DNA of 64,000 nt from Candidatus Aenigmatarchaeota archaeon (GTDB lineage: Archaea; Aenigmatarchaeota; Aenigmatarchaeia; QMZP01; QMZT01), in NCBI GenBank assembly GCA_026397315.1, contig JAPLVC010000002.1, positions 27,184 to 91,183 on the forward strand, written 5' to 3'. Under the pieces are notes generated by a model. The model searched no databases and had not been told where the DNA came from. It saw nothing but the letters and a program-made list of their open reading frames with translations. Below are positions 60,901 through 64,000 of the stretch, in pieces (within the stretch, counting starts at the first letter, position 1; each line of letters opens with the position of its first letter). The translations under genes and the position numbers were made by a program.

Positions 60901-60992
60901 ATGTCGAAGTTGACTATCTGGTCGGGTATTCTGTTCTCTAGCCAGAACTGCATCACTTCTTCCTGTATTTTGCGCGGGTCGTACCTTTCCAT
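57966..60992 (-). CDS. ileS: Isoleucine--tRNA ligase
   Basis: DGPPY, HVGH, WTTTPWTLP, GSGCVHTAPGHG, DQIRGWF, KMSKS. Confidence 0.97.
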   Translation of the reverse strand: MERYDPRKIQEEVMQFWLENRIPDQIVNFDMKTLDVKRTKYYLLDGPPYVNGVPHVGHVKTTTTKDICSKFKTMQGHQCWWQPGFDCGGLPIEHAVEKNLGVKSKKDITERIGIDRFIAECKAMAEGNKSVWLDTYKQLGAWRGWLEPYMTYRNYYLESGWWTVKKMWEKGMLVEGEKPVFWCPRCETTLSGYEVTDSYTDITDFSIYVKFPLVDQEFTSIIIWTTTPWTLPANVAIAVHPDETYVKVKVRSEYLILAEKRLKDVMKDAEIEKYEIVEKMKGSSLAGMKYEPAIQIPLQDELKKNENAHQVILSIPLFKKGVSGKLLAKTAMKADDGENVEEFVTMDTGSGCVHTAPGHGETDFRVGEHYKLPKPSPVDDEGKLTSDTGEFTGLFVKDADKKIIEYLEERGRLLKTLKVTHSYPLCWRCKTPLIYRLSKQWFLTVDVIKERMLKENKSVKWLPEFAGERFEKWLENANDWAVSVQRFWGIPLPIWICDACGHKDVIGSRKELREKAVEKVDEEIDLHKNSVDKIHLKCSQCGKHMTRVPDTMNVWFDSGISPWASLGYPLKNKQTFEALWPVDMICESQDQIRGWFYSLMFCGVGAFDKKPYNAVSMTGWTLDEKGEKMSKSLGNVVYADDALKAVEADVLRLYYCWSVAPWETQLFSLKIAKELRRVLDVLWNTSVFAESYADTRITGEKIHFKNLALEDKWIISRLNSLIKSTTDDLENFRLHYVGKNFEDFILNDFSRWYIKLIRDRLSPWYEGEDKRTAQFTVLYVLENLVRLMAPVTPFVTEKIYRKLFYSKGRPLSVHLCAWPKADDGLVEKDIEDSMVLAKTAIEAANSLRQKTEIKLKWPVSELIIAANGEAAESALKNMSPILRNMANVEKVVFVKGLEQKEKLAFEHGELALGDVLEDKAFARELMRTIQMARKKEGLNVNERIELWVEAEGKAETLLERSKEMVLREVGAQKLHKGLPHKVGIKGTLEFEGKKVKVYFERAGSRSYT

Positions 60993-61076
60993 TTTTTCGC
61001 CTGTTAAAAGTTGTATAAACAATATTAATTAATTTGAGAAAACAACGCTAATAAATCTAACTACCAAGAACAAATC

Positions 61077-61298
61077 ATGGAAATGGAGAAAACGGGCGTC
61101 ATTGTCGCCGCTCTGGTCATATTCGCCGTCCTTGCGGTAGCGATAACGGCCAACATGACGGGCAACATCATAAGCGACGTGGAAAGCGCCACCAGCCCGG
61201 TTATCGGCCTTATTATCTTGCTGGCGTTCATCGTGGCAGGTTACTTCGTTACGAGAGGCGTTTTGTCAGAGGGCAAATATCACGTAGATGCGCAGTAA
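61077..61298 (+). CDS. Small two-TM membrane protein
   Basis: 73 aa with an NMTGNII motif between helices. Confidence 0.65.
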   Translation: MEMEKTGVIVAALVIFAVLAVAITANMTGNIISDVESATSPVIGLIILLAFIVAGYFVTRGVLSEGKYHVDAQ

Positions 61299-61371
61299 AA
61301 CCAAAATCAAAAAAACTGTGCATGCATAATACATTTAAGAAAGTCCGAATAATTGTTAGTCAAGGTGAACT

Positions 61372-61524
61372 ATGAGAGAAGATTTCAGATGCGTTTCCTG
61401 CGGCCACACTTTTGAATACGACTTCAGCAGCGGCAGAGAAAAGGCGTTACACTGCCCCAAATGCAAGCAGCTGTGGAAGATAGAGCAGGGCACGGGCAGC
61501 TTCAGGCTGAGCATGTGGATTTGA
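61372..61524 (+). CDS. Unannotated 50-aa zinc-ribbon protein
   Basis: AAGGTGA RBS; MREDFRCVSCGH...LHCPKCKQLW. Confidence 0.75.
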   Translation: MREDFRCVSCGHTFEYDFSSGREKALHCPKCKQLWKIEQGTGSFRLSMWI

Positions 61525-61576
61525 GCACATTTCGAACAAATTCAAATTATTGGCTTTTCGGAATATATCATGCCTA

Positions 61577-62044
61577 TTAGATAACCTTGCTCAGCAGTTT
61601 GTATATCTGTTCCCCTGCTCCTATCGCTACGCCCAAATCTAGCGCGTGAGTCATAATTCTTCCAGTTATATATCCCGGTCGATAACCCTCTTTCTGCTTT
61701 AACTCATCTTTCCATTCATTTTTCACATCTAACAGGTCGAAATTCAGGAAGTTTTTATATAGTTTTCCAAAACCAAATCTCTGAGGTAAACTCATTAGTA
61801 TCCCGTCAGATATTCCTAGTCCGAGTCCTTGCATGAAAATTGGCAACTTTCTCGGTTCACCATATCTACCAGATGTTGCATTGTAAACCTCATTTAAAAA
61901 TACATGTTCATCAGGCTGATCTCCGTTCACTCCCAGTAGATGCTTTTTGGTAAGTTCAACTACAGCATCCATTTCCTCTTTACTCATAATTTTTTTCTCA
62001 GTCATTTTCATCACCTCACTTATACTCTTAATATCCCTGGCCAA
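61577..62044 (-). CDS. Hypothetical protein (low GC)
   Basis: 155 aa ORF; start uncertain. Confidence 0.6.
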   Translation of the reverse strand: MARDIKSISEVMKMTEKKIMSKEEMDAVVELTKKHLLGVNGDQPDEHVFLNEVYNATSGRYGEPRKLPIFMQGLGLGISDGILMSLPQRFGFGKLYKNFLNFDLLDVKNEWKDELKQKEGYRPGYITGRIMTHALDLGVAIGAGEQIYKLLSKVI

Positions 62045-62463
62045 AGTTCCTCTGTTACTTTAATGTCATCGCGAAATTCAGGATCATTGTAATATCCCTT
62101 TTCTACCAGAGCTTCTTTTAATTTTTTTGTTAATCCCCGAACAACCTTGCTGCTATCAAGAAATTTGCGAGTGTCTGTTTGGTTGAAAAGACCACTAACT
62201 GTTTTTAGATATGAATTTTTTAGACCTGGATAATGCAGAAAATCAGGTTCTTCTACAACTAATTTCAAAACCTCCCTCAACGCATACACTCCGGCAGCAG
62301 CCACTTTACCTGTTGAAAGAGGAGTTTTTGTTGGAACGTCGTATCCCATTCCTGCACGACAAATGATATCGATAAGATCTTGTCCGCTACCTAGGCCATC
62401 TTTCTGCAGTCTCCTCGCAGTTGATCTATATCCATTCATGAATTCCTTTTGATATTGATTCAT
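62020..62463 (-). CDS. Hypothetical protein (low GC)
   Basis: About 147 aa ORF with GGGGTGA RBS. Confidence 0.65.
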   Translation of the reverse strand: MNQYQKEFMNGYRSTARRLQKDGLGSGQDLIDIICRAGMGYDVPTKTPLSTGKVAAAGVYALREVLKLVVEEPDFLHYPGLKNSYLKTVSGLFNQTDTRKFLDSSKVVRGLTKKLKEALVEKGYYNDPEFRDDIKVTEELWPGILRV

Positions 62464-62545
62464 CACATCACCCCTATTTCTGAATATTTTTTATTTGTAA
62501 TTTTTTATCACCTAATGATAGTATCGTATTGGGATATAAAAATTT

Positions 62546-62568
62546 AACCACCTACCATGGTAGTGGTA
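62546..62568. promoter_or_regulatory. Palindromic operator between divergent promoters
   Basis: Perfect CTACCATGGTAG core extended by ACCA/TGGT, between two TATA-like boxes upstream of a TrmB-family gene. Confidence 0.65.
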
Positions 62569-62606
62569 AAAATAACATTTAAAAACCCGCTTGGCGATAT
62601 ATTTTT

Positions 62607-63356
62607 ATGGATACGAAAATCCTGAACCAGCTGGGCATGGCAGATTCGGAAATAAGGGTCTATTTTGCCCTCCTCAAGCTGGAAACAAGCACGGTAGGCC
62701 CTATCATTGGTGAGGCAAAAGTCCCTGATTCAAAGATATATGCAATCCTCGAAAAACTGAAGGAAAAGGGTCTGGTGAGCTTCGTCATAAAAAACAACGT
62801 GAAACATTTCCAGGCGTCTGACCCTAAAAACCTTCTCAGAATCCTTGATGGCAAAGAACGGGAAATTCTTGAGCAGAAGAAAGAGCTTGAAGATAAAATC
62901 ATCCCGCAAATAGAACAAAAGAGAAAGCTCACCGAAGAAAAACAGGAAGCGACAGTTTATGAATATTTCGAAGGTCTGAAATCGGCGTTTAATCTTATTT
63001 TGAATGCACTGAATCCTGGAGAGGAATATCAGGCTTTCATGCTAGGAAAAGCATTGGAAGAGAAGCGGGTGATAAGATTTTTCAGGAATTATCACGCAAA
63101 AAGGATTGAAAAAGGAATCAAGGTAAGGCTTCTTTCCCAAAACATTTTCAAAGAGGTCATAAACAAATCGCACAAATATCAAGGCATGAAAATAAGGTTT
63201 TCGGATCAGAAACTTCCCGTCGGAGTTTTCATTTTCAGAAATCATGTCATGACCGTGATCTGGGAAGAAAAACCGACCGCTTTTGTCATAAAATCAAGGA
63301 AAAACTACGAGTATTACAAAGAATTTTTTGAAGATCTTTGGTTAGCATCAAAATAA
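62607..63356 (+). CDS. TrmB family transcriptional regulator
   Basis: LG..DSEIRVYFALL, SKIYAILEKLKEKGLV wHTH; C-terminal effector domain. Confidence 0.9.
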   Translation: MDTKILNQLGMADSEIRVYFALLKLETSTVGPIIGEAKVPDSKIYAILEKLKEKGLVSFVIKNNVKHFQASDPKNLLRILDGKEREILEQKKELEDKIIPQIEQKRKLTEEKQEATVYEYFEGLKSAFNLILNALNPGEEYQAFMLGKALEEKRVIRFFRNYHAKRIEKGIKVRLLSQNIFKEVINKSHKYQGMKIRFSDQKLPVGVFIFRNHVMTVIWEEKPTAFVIKSRKNYEYYKEFFEDLWLASK

Positions 63357-63362
63357 CGTTAG

Positions 63363-63926
63363 TTACTTGGCCAATTTCAGGACGACCTGCGCCACGTGCC
63401 TTCCGAGGTTTCTCGACGTCTCCTGACCTTCCGCGTCCTTGGCCGCGTCTCCATAGCTCGCGCCGCCGAAATGCATGGTTTTCTCGTCTCCCACGACGAG
63501 CATGCCCTGTATCAGGAAGAAGTTATGAATCTGGCGGATGACCAGCTCCTGGCCGCCGTTGCGCGAGCCGCCCGTCGCTAGTGCGCCGCCGACCTTGTCC
63601 TTCAGTCGCTCGTTACGTCTTAGATAACGCGTCCTGTCCATGAACGCCTTGATCTGGGCGGAAACGCAGCCGAAATAGACCGGCGAGCCGATTATGACAC
63701 CGTCCGCCTGTTCCAGTTTGTCGGCGACGGCCTGGAAATCGTCGTCTATGGCGCATCGTCCCTCTTTTCTGCAGCGCTCGCAGTCGACGCATGGTGCGAT
63801 GTCCATCTTGCCTAGGTGAACCAGTTCCGTCTCAAGGCCGAGCTTTTTGCATTCTGCCAGCGCTAGCGTGACTAGCGTCTTGGTGTTGCGTTCCCTAGGC
63901 GAACCTACAAGGCCCAGAACTTTCAT
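63363..63926 (-). CDS. Iron-sulfur flavoprotein / flavodoxin family
   Basis: GSPR..NT, CVDCERC...C, GSPVYFG, RNGGQE. Confidence 0.9.
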   Translation of the reverse strand: MKVLGLVGSPRERNTKTLVTLALAECKKLGLETELVHLGKMDIAPCVDCERCRKEGRCAIDDDFQAVADKLEQADGVIIGSPVYFGCVSAQIKAFMDRTRYLRRNERLKDKVGGALATGGSRNGGQELVIRQIHNFFLIQGMLVVGDEKTMHFGGASYGDAAKDAEGQETSRNLGRHVAQVVLKLAK

Positions 63927-64000
63927 AGAAATCATTTGGAACGGATATTAAAATTATTTTTTTACCTTCGAGCCTGAAGTTGTGTATTTCCTCAGACTTT

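Noticed and set aside
63940-64000. Possible 3' end of a minus-strand gene at the window edge
   Set aside because: Too little sequence to fix the frame or function.

Overview
Archaeal chromosomal segment, most likely from a DPANN-type lineage such as Aenigmarchaeota or Micrarchaeota (inferred from gene content, not from a search). It carries information-processing genes (MCM, PolB, GyrA/GyrB, Rpo10, IleRS, fibrillarin, Nop5, a Trm5-type methyltransferase, a three-unit epsilon2-type tRNA splicing endonuclease), amino-acid catabolism (lat, kbl/tdh, iorAB, an aminotransferase), a split transketolase, several ion transporters and a complete polyamine cluster. There are five tRNA genes (Val-TAC, Gly-CCC, Ser-GCT, Pro-GGG, Met-CAT). 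Four of them carry five BHB-type introns, three at non-canonical D-loop or T-loop positions. Main observations: (1) the same ~39-nt hairpin element forms the core of two introns in different tRNAs at different positions, about 22 kb apart, suggesting a mobile intron core that works with the broad-specificity endonuclease; (2) an intact AdoMetDC-aminopropyltransferase fusion whose transferase half resembles animal spermine synthase; (3) a free-standing LAGLIDADG gene whose stop codon lies inside tRNA-Ser; (4) a radical SAM gene collapsed by an internal deletion, plus several unannotated micro-ORFs and structured intergenic elements. No CRISPR array, rRNA, transposase or integrase was seen.
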